A stretch of DNA of 64,000 nucleotides from Octopus sinensis. Lineage: Eukaryota. The DNA lies in assembly GCF_006345805.1 (NCBI RefSeq), contig NC_042997.1, positions 187,364,001 to 187,428,000 of the forward strand, read 5' to 3'. Below are positions 13,840-26,759 of this stretch, one piece after another. The stretch's first letter is position 1. Each line of letters starts with the position of its first letter. The notes below the pieces were generated by a model. It was given only the letters and a program-made list of their open reading frames with translations. It had not been told where the DNA came from and searched no databases. Both the position numbers and the translations under genes were made by a program.

Positions 13840-14188
13840 AGTAGGGAATATGATTCCAACTTACAGGGAAAAATTCAATTTAGCAATACTAAATCAAATT
13901 TCACAATATATAATATATGTATATAATTAAGAGAAATAACCTCTATTAATTAATTCAACAGTGAAAGATATTATCTACACCATATAAAAAAAAAATTAAA
14001 TATACTATAATAAATATTATTAAAAAAATCACTAAATTAAATAAACATTATATTAACTACGTGTGTTAATGATTTTTTGAATAGTATTTATTACAGTATA
14101 TTTAAATTGTTTCTATATGGTGTAGATAATGTCTTTCACTATTGAATTACTTAATAGAGGTTATTTTTCTTAATTATATACATATATA
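13840..14188. mobile_element. AT-rich foldback element (~120-bp arms); related copy at ~45500-45675
   Basis: AACCTCTATTAA..AGTGAAAGA..TCTACACCATAT is mirrored at ~14067-14188; the same sequence occurs in reverse near 45.6 kb. Confidence 0.7.
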
Positions 14189-14689
14189 TGAGAAGCTTGT
14201 TGCATATATGTGTATGTATACCCCCCCCCCACATATATATAAATATATATATGTATTTACACACACACATATGCAACAGGCTTCTTTTCTTTCAGTTTCT
14301 GTCTATCAATTCCACTCACAAGGCTTTGGTCAGCATGAGGCTACAAAAGAAGAAATTTTCCTAAGGTTCCATGCAATGGGACTGAACCCAGAACCATGTG
14401 GCTGGGAAGCAAATTTATTACCACACAGCAACACATGGTATGATATTGATCAGTAACTTATATCAAATTGTTTTGTTATTAAGGTTTACAATGACTTTTT
14501 AAAATGTTTTTTTTGAAACTTTGCTAGCAAGCAGTTTTACATTTGAATGAGGGTAAAATTTCACCTGGGGGGGGAAAGGGGGATTCCCTGCCCTTGTATA
14601 ATAGCTCCTGTGTTAAGTGTTGACTTGGAGAGATGAGCAAGATGAACACAGTCTGAGATAAACAATTATTGTGCCTCTGCATTTATTGT

Positions 14690-15200
14690 TGGCGGTGTGC
14701 ACCCAAGCATGGCGTCTGGGATTAATGAAGTCTATAGCTTACTGCTACTCCTATGTTTGTATATGTGCTTTCTATATTCGTCTGGAATGAGTGGGAGGGA
14801 TAATGTTCTTACAATAGTGTTGTAGTCATGTTTTGGTGGGTGTTGTAGAAGCGTTTGGCTGTTTTCGGATGACTGAATACGCAGTGACGGGTAGGGGTAC
14901 CTATGCTGGAACTTGCTGCAGCAGTAAATTCTATCCTTGTGCAGGTGGTCTTCCGATTTGTTTTCTAGGTGGTCTGTGGGAGTGGACTGTGTCTGTAGTC
15001 TGTGCTGTTTTATTTTGTACTTCTTTATAGTCTGTTGTATAGAGATAAACGGCTCAAACAAGACCGACATAATCCATAATGGTTCCAATATATTGTTTGT
15101 ATGTCAGAGTTATTTATTTATTTTTCCGTGGTGCCCATGAATATTTGCAAGGAATGCTTTGAATAATGTTTTGCTTTCTTTATTGCCTTCTATGTCTGCT
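14690..15200 (-). pseudogene. Decayed I/Jockey-group LINE, RT C-terminal region
   Basis: Minus strand reads TLTYKQYIGTIMDYV at 15066-15110 (cf. YKxxIRPxxEY after the RT domain); many stops and frameshifts. Confidence 0.5.
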
Positions 15201-15204
15201 ATTT

Positions 15205-15673
15205 TTACTCTTTTACTCTTTTACTTGTTTCAGTCATGTGACTGTGGCCATGCTGGAGCACCGCCTTTAGTCAAGCAAATCGACCTCAGGACTTATTCTT
15301 TGTAAGCCTAGTACTTATTCTTATTTCTTTACTACCCACAAGGAGCTAAACACAAGGGAGGCAAACAAGGACAGACAAATGGATTAAGTCGATTATATCG
15401 ACCCCAGTGTGTAACTGGTACTTATTTAATCAACCCCGAAAGGATGAAAGGCAAAGTCGACCTCGGCGGAATTTGAACTCAGAACGTAAAGACAGACGAA
15501 ATGCCGCTAAACATTTCACCCGGCGTGCTAACGTTTCTGCCAACTCACCGCCTTTATTCTATCAGTCTCTTTTGCCGAACCGCCAAGTTAAAGGGATGTA
15601 AACACACCAGCATTGTTGTCAAAAAGTTTGGGGGACAAACACAGACACCAGACATATACACACTCATACATAC

Positions 15674-15724
<51 letters not shown>

Positions 15725-15885
15725 ATATTATATATATATACGACGGGCTTCTTACAGTTTCCGCCTACCAAATCCACTCACAAGGCTTTGGTTGGCCCAA
15801 GGCTATAGTAGAAGACACTTGCCCAAGGTGCCACGCAGTGGGACTGAACCCAGAACCATGTGGTTCGTAAGCAAGCTACTTACCA
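15205..15885 (-). mobile_element. SINE family A interrupted by SINE D
   Basis: A consensus resumes on both sides of 15322-15553. Confidence 0.85.
15322..15553 (-). mobile_element. SINE family D, nested, 7-bp TSD TTATTCT
   Basis: TSD at 15315-15321 and 15554-15560; minus strand has GAGTTCAAATTCC and GCCTTTCATCCTTTCGGGG. Confidence 0.85.
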
Positions 15886-15889
15886 CTTA

Positions 15890-16407
15890 TTCTTTTATCT
15901 TTTATTTGTATCCATCACTTTCGACTGTGGCCATGCTGGAGCACTGCCTTAAAGGGTTTTTTTAGTCGCAGAAATCGACCCCAGGATGTATTTTTTGTAA
16001 GCCTAGTACTTATCCTATCAGTCTCATTTTACCACACTGCTAAGTTATGGGGACATAAGTATGCCAACACCAGTTGTCAAGCAATAATGCAGGACAAACA
16101 CAGACACAAAAATACATACACATAGATATGTACATATACTGTATTTTAACGTGTATAAAGAACCCTCGTGTATAAGGAACCCCTAATTTTGGGGATTTTA
16201 AATTTTGAAAAAAGGGTTCCATATACACGTTAAAATACAGTACATATAAGATGAACTCCTTTCAGTTTCTGTTGACCAAATCCACACACAAGGCTTTGGT
16301 TGGCCCTGGGCTATAGTAGAAGACACTTGCCCAAGGTACCATGCAGTGGGACTGAACCTGGAACCATGTGGTTGGGAAGCAACCTTCCTACCACACAGCC
16401 ACTCCTA
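15890..16407 (-). mobile_element. SINE family A carrying a MITE in its microsatellite
   Basis: Consensus match on both sides of 16139-16240. Confidence 0.85.
16139..16240. mobile_element. Tc1/mariner-pogo-type MITE, TA TSD
   Basis: TA|CTGTATTTTAACGTGTATA...TATACACGTTAAAATACAG|TA; perfect 19-bp TIR. Confidence 0.85.
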
Positions 16408-16627
16408 GAGCTAATGCATGTAATTCCTTGTAGTTTTGTTGTCTGTGAGCATAGATGTACAACATGGCTTTGTGTTTAAGAAGTGTTCTTTGCAACTATG
16501 TCATTTCAGGTTCAATCCCACTGTGCAGCACCTTGGGCAAGTATCTTTTCCTACAGCTCTAATTCAGGCTGGCCAATGCTTTGCAAGTGAATTTGATAGA
16601 TGGCAAACAGTGTAGAAGCCCACCGTT

Positions 16628-16658
<31 letters not shown>

Positions 16659-16767
16659 ATTAACATCAATTAACAACTGTTTTCCATGCTGGCATGTGTT
16701 GGATGGTTTGATCAGAGCTGATAAGCTGGAGAGCTGCACCAGGTTCCAGACTGATTTGGCTTGGTAG

Positions 16768-16813
<46 letters not shown>

Positions 16814-16921
16814 CACACACACACATATTTATATAGTTGAAATTACAGAAAAACAAGAAAAAAGCAGGTGTATGAAAAACAAGCAGGTGTATTAGTTTGA
16901 TTTCCAGGAAAGCAAGAAAGT

Positions 16922-16957
16922 CTTTTATGTTTTGAGCTGACGCTCTTCAACAGAAAG
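16922..16957 (-). ncRNA. Degenerate minimal hammerhead (CUGUUGA core, G12 lost)
   Basis: CTTT-CTGTTGA-AGAGC-GTCA-GCTC-aAAA-Ca-TA-AAAG. Confidence 0.45.
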
Positions 16958-17364
16958 GAATAAGAGAAAATAAATAGAGAGACAATGAAAACACCTGTAG
17001 ATTTAATGGTCAAGCAAGGCAACACACACACGCACACACCAACAAACACACACATATATACATGTAGAATATATATTCTTTATCCTCTTCAGGAAATAAT
17101 TTTCAAGGAATGGATTTACTGGATTTTAACAGCATAGGACTTTACATTAAACTCGTATGTATTGATTTACTGTGTGATTTGTAGCCTGGTCCATTAAAGG
17201 AGATTTTTTGTGATTACTGTTGGATTATATAAATCCATGTAGTGTGCATATATATATATATATAATTGAAAAAAAATGGAGAAAAAATACAAGAAGAAAA
17301 CAACAACGTGAGGACATCGTATATGCAAAGTATTAATAAGATGCCAGGGAAGGGAAGAAAGGGT

Positions 17365-17399
17365 GTTTTATGTTTTGAGCAAAGCTCTTCTTCAGAAAC
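17365..17399 (-). ncRNA. Minimal hammerhead relic, CpG-decayed
   Basis: GTTT-CTGAAGA-AGAGC-TTT-GCTC-aAAA-Ca-TA-AAAC; restoring two CpGs gives a canonical core. Confidence 0.55.
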
Positions 17400-17530
17400 A
17401 GGAGACAGAGGAAAGTCGAGAGAAAAGGAAGACGGAGGAATAAATGTCGACAACAATATAGTTACTTATATATATACGAAAAATAAGACAAGATATAAAA
17501 TGCTAAAATAATTTTATCCCGATGAATGTT

Positions 17531-17569
17531 TTAGTACCGGTTTCAGCCTTTGTGACGTTTTCAACTTAG
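17531..17569 (-). ncRNA. Hammerhead-like motif with U3-A8 core
   Basis: AG-TTGAAAA-cGTC..GGCt-GAAA-CCGG-TA-CT; palindromic ACCGGU stem III, weak stems I and II. Confidence 0.35.
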
Positions 17570-18059
17570 ATTAAAGCATGAAAAATAATTAATTTGTGCA
17601 AAAATTAAATGAAATGTTTTTTTAAAAATATTTCCATAGTTTTCAAATACAAGGGGCATTTTCCTTTTTTTCTGTCTGTCTCTGTCTCTCTTTTTTACTT
17701 TTGTGGGTTCTAGGTAGTTAGCAGCAGCTAGGTTGATATGAATTCTTGTCTTTGTTTAAGCAGTAGTAGTAGTAGAGAAAGGAGGTGGCGAAGAAGAAGA
17801 TGAAGAAGAAGAAGAAGAATGCAGGAGTGGTATGACAGTAGCAGGATGTGGGTGTAATCCTCTTAAATGGTCAAGCGACCTAAAAGTGACCCGTTGTGAT
17901 TGTAATAGTAGTGATTGGAATTGTTCTGGATAAATTTATGTTAAGTGACTTTTTGAATATGTTGTTTTTAATATTTGTGTGGGTGTTATTCTAAATGACA
18001 GTGTCATTTGTGGTGGATGCATTCAAAAGGAGTTATTGCTTCACTAACATCTTCAACTA

Positions 18060-18530
18060 ATTAGCTATGTGATTAACAAGCTCGTTTCTAACTGTGTGTA
18101 CTTGGGTTCAGTCCCACTGTGTGACACCTTAGGCAAGTGCCTTCTCAACCACATTGTTTCAGGGTTCAGTCACACTGTGTGGCACCTTGGGTAAGTATCT
18201 TCTATTATAATCTCTGGCTGATCAAAGCCTTGTGAGTGGATTTGGTAAATGGAAACTGAAAGAAGCCTGTGTTATATATATATATATATATGCATATATT
18301 TATGTGTGTGTTTCTGAGTCTGTTTGTCTCCCCCCCCATCACCACTTGACAACCGGTGTTGGTGTGTTTACGTCTCTGTAACTTAGAAGTTTGGCAAAAG
18401 AGACCAATAGAAGAAGTACTAAGCTTAAAAAACAAGTCCTAGAGTTGACTTGTTTGGCTAAAACCCAGCAAGGCAGTGCCCCAGCATGGCCACAGCCAAA
18501 TGACTGAAACAAGTAAAAGTATAAAAGAAT
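18060..18530 (+). mobile_element. SINE family A variant with duplicated head
   Basis: Two B-box/CCTTGGG-type segments (~18100 and ~18160), then body and tail. Confidence 0.8.
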
Positions 18531-18655
18531 ACATGTATGTGTGTGTGTGTACACATGTATGTATGTATGTATGGTATGTATGTATGTATGTATGTTATGT
18601 AGGTATGTATGTATGTATGTATGTTGTATGTATGTATATATAGTATATATGTAAG

Positions 18656-18694
<39 letters not shown>

Positions 18695-18831
18695 GTATAT
18701 ATATATTGCCAACAACCAAGTCCACTTGCAAAGCTTTGACTGTTCTGTGCCTGAACCCAAGACCACACTGAAACGAGCTTCTTAATCACATAGCCAATTA
18801 GTTAAAGATGTTAATGAAGCAATAATTCCTT

Positions 18832-20450
18832 CAGATACTATTTATTTTTGGTGTATGTTTTGTTAGGCCTTTGAAAATTCTGCCATTGTTTAAACAAAAC
18901 ACACGGAAGGTGGGCATTTTGTGTTTCTGCTTTTGTGTGCTTGTGGTTTTACTGGCTAAGTTTGGCAAGCATTTGAAAGCGGAACTTAGTTCTTTTGGAG
19001 TGTAAGTATTGAAGTAGTCATATCATGTGATGTAGTGTGGCAGTTGATAGAGTTGTTGATGGTAATTACTTTGACTATTATTTTATGGTTTATACTGAAT
19101 ATAAATGTTTGCCAAATTTTTTACCTTTTTTTTCAACTTTATTTCTTTGTTCTTTTCTGACTAATTACTTTATGTTGGGTTTTATTCCTGAGTGTGCAGC
19201 GTCGGCAATTTTATATTTTCGCTTGTTATCAGCTTGGCTATTTCTGTTGCATGTTTTATGTTGCCTCGTGAGATCTGCTTCTGAAATTATCTTATTGTGT
19301 TTATTGTATACTGCAGTGGTATATGTCGATGACTTTGAATTTGAAAATGCTGTTCTGTCTCTTGTTGGAAGCAGGTATTTTTGAAGTTTGAGAAAAATGC
19401 TTTTTTGTTTTGTTCATTGATGTCATAATGAGTCATGGTTATGGGGGAAAGTGGTCAGAAGAAGACTGGGTGATGGTTTCCTGTGTGATTATTGTAGCTA
19501 GGTGTGCATAGCAGAAAAGGTTATTGAACCAGGATTTATTGTAGCTATCTTGGTAATGAGTATGAATGTGTTGGTACAGTCGAACCAATTCTACTATATG
19601 GCTCAGAAACCTGGATGTTATCAAAGAAGCTTGAGAGGTGGTTGGATGGAACTTACACTCGCCTCCTTATGAGAGCTCAAAATCTCTCGTGGAAGTGTCA
19701 TCCAACCAAAGTACAACTATATGGGAAATTACCACCTATATCATCTCTTGTGAAAGATAGAAGAGTCCAGTTTGCTGGACATTGTTGTAAAGCTGAAAAT
19801 GAGGTAATTTCTATTCTTCTCCTCTGGAAGCCATCTGCTCACGATACCAGAGGGCGCACACTCTCCTACCCTGATGTAATCTCCAGGGATACAGGCATCC
19901 AGCAACAGGACCTCCGTAATGCTATGATGGACCATGAGGTCTGGCGTAACATAGTAAATTCCATTGTCTCGACCACGGTCGAACAGTGAATGAGTGAGTG
20001 TTGGTATGAGTTGCCTAGGAAAAATAAGGTATTTTGATGTGATGCTGTTGTATAACCTGTGTGTTATCTGAATTGTTTTTGTACCAAAATGTGTTATGCC
20101 CAATGAAGTTTTCACTAGTAATGCTTTATAGGACTGTTTTAATTTGGGATGTATAGCCAGGTGGTATGGTTAGTGAGATTATTGAGTGCAATGTATATGT
20201 TCAATATGTAATTGTTTTCTATTGCTGTACACTAAATATTTGCATTTGTAATATATTATCATGCCCCAATAGTATTTGAGTGTCCCTTTTGCTATCTATG
20301 TACTGAATGCATGATGGGATGCACATTTTGAAACTTTCATTGTCATTTGTTATTGCCTGTCTTTTGGGAGATATAATCTCCGGTACATGCACACCAGGGA
20401 TTTTTTGGTAACTGATGATCTGGTATCTTCTTCAATCAGGATAAATTACT
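18832..20450 (-). pseudogene. Decayed I/Jockey-group LINE, APE endonuclease and linker, split by an RTE insertion
   Basis: Minus strand ENFIGHNTFW (cf. GDFNxHxxxW) near 20100 and SSSDHFP (APE SDHxP motif) at 19444-19466; probably the same element as 14690-15200. Confidence 0.55.
19577..19997 (+). mobile_element. 5'-truncated RTE-clade LINE 3' end with 9-bp TSD GTGTTGGTA
   Basis: Open frame 19576-19989: VEPILLYGSETW..RRVQFAGH..AMMDHEVWR; TSD at 19568-19576 and 19998-20006. Confidence 0.9.
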
Positions 20451-21165
20451 TGAGGGAACTTAAAATTCCAATGGCTACATTCTTGTTTACTGTGAGACCA
20501 CAGATGGTGTTATGTGTACTGTATGTTTACATGCATTATTTACACTTCATGTGTTAACAGTGACACCATAAATTTGGGAGATCCTCTGTTTATTGAGCCT
20601 AGATTTACCATTAGCTATGGTTACTAATGGTAAGAGAACTTCAAGCATCAGTGGTAGTGCCAAACATAAACAGCAATCCATATTGATCCAGCATAAAGTG
20701 GAACTGTTGAAAAAATGAGTTATGGTGTTTCAGTAAATTAGCTGTGTGATGCTTTGCTTATGACAAGGTAAAAAATTTGGCAAAGATTTACATTCAGTAT
20801 AAACCATCAAAGATGATGACAGCATCGATCCAAGACACTCATACTCCACTTCTGGTGCATTGTTTCTCATGGAAGCAGATGTGGCTGACAAGACCGATAT
20901 GAGGTACGCAGATCCTGTGGCACTGAGGGCTAGCATATAATTAGGAGGTTAGAGCTGTATTAATGAATTATTGTTACATAGCTGTAGATGTTGGTGTAGT
21001 AGCTACCATGTGTGCCAGCCAGAGTGGCCCTTCAGTTTGCCACCCCTGGGTTACCACAAAAAATACACATTGCTTACGGCAGACCCAAAAGTGGTGCCAC
21101 CCTGATAAAAGTGTTACCTGGGGTGGACCACCCCACTCCACACCCCTTGTTCGAAATTTCCCCAA

Positions 21166-21211
21166 GACACCTGCTGAAGGCTGGAGGGTATATCAGCCGA
21201 AACATTGTGTT
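21166..21211 (+). ncRNA. Minimal hammerhead relic
   Basis: GACAC-CTGcTGA-AGGCTG..CAGCC-GAAA-Ca-TT-GTGTT; 5-bp stems I and II. Confidence 0.5.
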
Positions 21212-21392
21212 AACAACAAACAAAATGAGGACAAATATCCATCAAGTGTAAATAATGTAAATAAGAGTTTTAAATGTTATTAATATATGCATGTTGATAT
21301 TTATGTCATGCATGGGGAAATTTTTATTTACTTTGATGAAAGTGTTTCCTGAGGTTGATTTTGGAGTATTGTAATATTTATATAGCTTTGAA

Positions 21393-21617
21393 AGCAGCGA
21401 GCTGGCAGAATTGTTAGCACGCCGGGCGAAATATTTCATCTGCCGCTACGTTCTGAGTTCAAATTCCGTCGAGTTTGACATTGCCTTTCATCCTTTCGAG
21501 GTCGATTAAATAAGTACCAGTTATGCACTGGGGTTTGATATAATCGACTTAATCCATGTGTCTGTCCTTGTTTGTCTCCTTTCGGTGTAGCCCCTTGTGT
21601 GTAGTAAAGAAATAAGT
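21393..21617 (+). mobile_element. SINE family D
   Basis: GAGCTGGCAGAA..GAGTTCAAATTCC..GCCTTTCATCCTTTCGAGGTCGAT..AAGTACCAG; the central block recalls Nin/Deu-type SINE domains (unverified). Confidence 0.85.
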
Positions 21618-23464
21618 ATTGTTAGCATGTTGGACAAAATCCTTAAATGGCATTTCGTTTGTCTTTACGTTCTGAGTTCAAATTCCACCATGCTGGGATA
21701 TTTGTAATTATTTCAATGTTTTTTTATACAAAAGCACTATCTTAAAAAAGGCAAAAAAAAAAAGAATGTTCTCCCTTGATGTTCATTGATGAAGTATATC
21801 ATGTGTTTGTCTTTCCTTTGTTGATTTTTCATCATTTGACTGTCCTTTATTTTAGGAGTGAACTTTTTAGAGTATTTTCTTCTTCTTCTTCTAAAGATAG
21901 AAAAGAAAATAGTTTGATAGATTTATTTGGTTGCTACTTCTAGAAAGAGCACAAAGGCAATCCCTTGTTGGCTCATAGAGTTATGTGTTTTTGATGTTGA
22001 AGACTATGTTTTGTGTATCTGTATGTATATGATGTTGAAGAAAGTATGCTTTTCTAGAGCTGTGTGTATGTTGCAAAACGTGTTTTTGTAAAGCTATATC
22101 ATGTTGAAGTGCATGTATTTGTGTTTATAATGTTGTGTATATATTTGTAATGTATGTTGAAGAGTATGTGTTTATTGAGGTGCATGTATATAAATTTGAA
22201 GAGAGCGTATTTGTAGTGCTGTGCATATGTTGAAATGTATGTGTGTATAGTAACGTCTGTATATTATATTGAATGGTGTATTCTTTTGAACGTATTGAGA
22301 TATATATAACTAAGTATGTTTAGAATGTATACATGCATGTGTGTGTGTGTGTGTGTGTGCTTGGATTCAAATATGCAAAATAAAACATTCTCCTCCTATG
22401 TAGGAGAATAACAATGGGGAATTTCCTGTAAAAGAAATTAGATTAGCTTTGTGGCAGAAACAGTTAGATAAAAGAGATAAGAAGTGTTTGGGAGATGAAA
22501 CAAAGGGTGAAAGAAAACTGGTGTACAGAATGTGTAAAAGAGATGGAAGAATTTTTGACTAAGAGAGGAATAAACATTGCCCAACATACACGTATATATA
22601 TATACTTTTATATATTATTTATATAATTATTTAATTGAATGCCACGCATCTATTTCCAAGTAAGTTTATCTTAACCTTTTTGATGCAACTCTATACTGTT
22701 GTCTCCCCCATCCTTCACTAATTCCCTTTTTCTCTCTTTCACCATTTTCTATCTGTCTCTCTTTCCCTTCTTTCTCTTTTTCTCTCTCTCATTGCTCAAA
22801 CGTGACCATCGTCCATCTTTCTTTTCCTCACGTGACCATCTTTCTTTTCCTCTAGGATGTCCTAAGGACTGGACGTCTTCTATATCTCTCTTCTATCTTT
22901 TCTCTTTACAAAGTAAATATTTCTCCAACTTTCATTATTTTACCCTCGTTCTGGCCTAATGACCCTCCATGTTTGGATTTGGTTGTATTATATGTTACAG
23001 AGCAGACAATCTACGTTTGTAATGGTGATTCCTTTGTTTTGTGATGTCTTGTCATGCCTGGTAAGTTATAGATCAAATACTAGTAATATGCTGAGGTTCA
23101 CCACTTTTTCTTTCACCATCTGTTCTGTTGAGACAGACAGACCAATAGACAGGCAAAACGACAGACAGACAGATAGACAGACAGACAGACACACAGACAC
23201 ACACACATCTGAAGGCCAGAGAGAATCTAATCGCCTTTACATGTAGAGTACATCCAGTTATTTGAAATTGAAGCAAGTTTCCCTCTATTGCTACTCTGAG
23301 GTTTCACTTGCATTTTTCAGAATTGTGGGAAATGCATGCATGCATGCACACACACACACACTCACTCACACACACACACATACACACACTGAGGCACGCA
23401 TGTACTTTTTCTCTGGGCTATCTGCTCCTTCCTCCATTTTGTTTTCTCCAGACATTTTTTCTAA

Positions 23465-23492
23465 CTGACGAAGAGCTATGCTTGAAATGTTA
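23465..23492 (+). ncRNA. Minimal hammerhead relic, stem I lost
   Basis: CTGACGA-AGAGC-TAT-GCTt-GAAA-tG-TTA. Confidence 0.35.
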
Positions 23493-23599
23493 TTTCTTCT
23501 CCAATTTTTCTATCTAAAACTTTCACTGAGTGTTAATTAATCTGTTATTTCTCTATGTACATCCAACTGACTTTTGTTATTTTTATTGTTTTTCTTTCC

Positions 23600-23798
23600 G
23601 TTGGTAGCATGTAAAAAACACCTTTTGAACATGGTCGTTGTCAGAACCGCCTGACTGGCCCTCGTGCCAGTGTCACATAAAAGCACCTACTACAGTCTTG
23701 GAGTGGTTGGCATTAGGAAGGGCATCCAGCTGTAGAAACTTTGCCAGATCAGATTGAGCTTGGTGCAGACTCTGGCAGACGATAATGATAATATATAC

Positions 23799-23868
<70 letters not shown>

Positions 23869-24153
23869 TATATATATATATAGATATATATATATATATA
23901 TATGTATATATATGCACCTGTGTCGGTGGCACATAAGAAAACCCATCCGAGCGTGGCCATCTGCCAGCCTCGTCTGACACCTGTGTCGGTGGCACATAAA
24001 ATCACCCACTACACTCTCAGAGTGGTTGGCGTTAGGAAGGGCATCCAGCTGTAGAAACACTGCCAGATCTGACTGGCCTGGTGCAGCCTTCGAGCTTGCC
24101 AGACCCCAGTTGAACCGTCCAACCCATGCTAGCATGGAAAGCGGACGTTAAAC

Positions 24154-24189
<36 letters not shown>

Positions 24190-24190
24190 A
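23600..24190 (+). mobile_element. Two family B segments separated by (TA)n
   Basis: GGAAGGGCATCCAGCTGTAGAAAC twice; ends GGACGTTAAAC(GAT)n. Confidence 0.8.
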
Positions 24191-24196
24191 TACATA

Positions 24197-24570
24197 CAGC
24201 GTCATAGCCATGTGGTAAAAAGTTTGCTTCCCGACCACATGGTTCCAGGTTCAGTCCCACTACGTGGAACCTTGGGCAAGTGCCTTTTACAATAGCTTCA
24301 GGCCAACCAAAGCCTTGTGAGTGGATTTTTTAGGTGGAAACTGAAAGAAGCCTGTCATATATATGTGTGTTTGTGTTTGTTCTCCCACCATCACTTGACA
24401 ACCAATGCTGAGATTATGTCCTCTGTAACTTAGCAGTTAGGCAAAAGAGACCAATAGAATAAATACTAGCCTTATAAAGAATAAGTCCCGGGGTTGATTT
24501 CTTCAACTAAACCCTTTAGGCTGTGCTCCAGTATGGCCACAGGGAACTGTATGAAACAAGTAAAAGAATA
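24197..24570 (+). mobile_element. SINE family A, diverged
   Basis: Consensus match. Confidence 0.8.
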
Positions 24571-24954
24571 AATAAATATATTAATCAATGTACACAGTAT
24601 TATGTATCCATTACAGTTGATCATAGATGGCAGGAATAACTGCCATCTCTGAAGAGTGCAGACTGTTACCTAATACTTCATTAAAACCCTAGAGTGAAAC
24701 GAATTGGTTAGATCAGCCATAATGGATATATAATACTATGCACCTCGATTAATATACCTACTCTACTGACAAATGTACATGTGCATTTTTTCCTGACTTA
24801 TGGTTTCTTAGATGGCTATACACAGTATATATATATAAAGTTAATCCAAACAAGAAAGCACAAAAAAACACAACAACGTGAGGACGTGGAACAAATATAG
24901 TATTATTGGATGCTCAGGAAAGAAGGAAAGAATATATATATATATATAGGAGAT

Positions 24955-25500
24955 ATGTGAAGAAGTGCCACTCCCAAACAGTTGAAGGAATCCTGGATAT
25001 AGGTAGACCCAGGAAGACATGGTATGAGGTGGTCAAGCATGACCTTTGAACGTTGGGCCTCACAAAGGCAATGATGAAAGACTGAGACCTCTGGAGAAAT
25101 TCTGTGACTGTGAACACCCGACAAATAAAGTAAGTCCATGGCGTATCCTACACCAGCTTCACATAATCAGCCCCAGCCCATTCAAAGTACCTTGGATCGT
25201 AAGGCGACATGCCATGCTTGAGGAAACCTATTGAGTCAAGTGCATCAATATCACCATCAAAATAAAAAACCCATGGGAATTGTAGTTGTGATACCTGTGC
25301 CGGTGGTACGTAAAAAGCACCCACTACACTCATGGAGTGGTTGGCATTAGGAAGGGCATCCAGCTGTAGAAACACTGCCAGATCAGACTGGAGCCTGGTG
25401 CAGCCTCCTGGCTTCCCAGACCCCAGTCGAACCCCCCAACCCATGCTAGCATGGAAAACAGACGTTAAACGATGCTGCTGCTGCTGATGATGATAATGAT
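24955..25500 (+). mobile_element. RTE LINE 3' end: decayed ORF end running into the family B 3' UTR
   Basis: KKCHSQTVEG..GRPRKTWYEVVKHDL*..D*DLWR, followed by the family B block and a (GAT/GCT)n tail. Confidence 0.8.
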
Positions 25501-25607
25501 AATATATATATATAACACAGGCTTCTTTTAGTTTCTGTCCATCAGATTGACTCACAAGAATTTTGTTGTCCTGGAACTATAGGAGAAGACTTATATATAT
25601 GCATATT

Positions 25608-25645
<38 letters not shown>

Positions 25646-25747
25646 CACACAACATGACCAGATGTTTCTATGGATGCGATCAGGTGGAGTTGTATGTGAT
25701 GCGTATGTATATCTAAATATTGACTTGCATGTAAATACAACCAGTCT

Positions 25748-25778
<31 letters not shown>

Positions 25779-26090
25779 GAATAGTATAAGATATGGATTC
25801 AGAGAATCGTGTAGCTATCACTTCTCAAATATATTCGCCTCTCAAACCTGATTTTATATATGTGTGTGTGTGTGTGTGTGCATGTGTGTGTGTGTGTGTG
25901 TGTGTGTGTGGTGTATTGATTGATAGACAGACAGACAGTCATATTCATGCATGTGTATGTATGTGTGTTCTGGCTCAAATCTATTTTTATTTCTATGGTT
26001 GCGTGAGCTGTAGGGTATTTGTATAAACATTTGTGCTCCCTGTTGCATGCCTTTTTGAGGGGGAAAAACTCTTTCTCTCTCCCTCCCCCC

Positions 26091-26123
<33 letters not shown>

Positions 26124-26326
26124 CACACGCACATACATATATTTGTGCATGTATATGCATGTGTTTTCTGGCTTACATCTTGTTTTTCTATGCCTGCATG
26201 GGAAATATGGTATTTGTTTAAGCAATTGTTCTCACTGTTGCATACCTTTCATTCTTTCTTTCTTCTCGCATGCATGAACATATTCACAGTCTCTCTTTCC
26301 CTTTCTCTCTCTCTCTCCCTCTCTCT

Positions 26327-26370
<44 letters not shown>

Positions 26371-26476
26371 GTCATGATGCTTGTGCTTGCAAGAAACTGG
26401 AGAAATTTCATACAATGTCTCTTCATAACAGGTTACTGTTGAGTCTAAACCTGCACTAAATGTTGATTTTTTTTTT

Positions 26477-26695
26477 TAATCTCTTAGCTCTATAGCATTT
26501 AAACTGACCGTATCATGCTAACATATTCTACCAACCATTCATGTTCAAACCAACAAGATCTGGCCACTTGAACCTACCTTACAATGTCATTCCAAAAAAT
26601 AAACAATCACATCCATTGAAATCTCGAAGCTACAAAATAATGCATGATTAATTCAAAACAATATGGATAAAGAAGCATTGCATTTCAGAGAGTAA
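26477..26695. mobile_element. TTAA-terminated MITE relic (piggyBac-like); related pieces at 41361-41585 and 41945-42055
   Basis: Shared TAGCATTTAAAC..ATTCTACC..CAATGTCATT; TTAACCC-type end at 41361. Confidence 0.5.
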
Positions 26696-26759
26696 TAATA
26701 ATAATCATCATCATCATCATCATCACCACCATCACCATCAGAAAAACTGCTATATAGCA

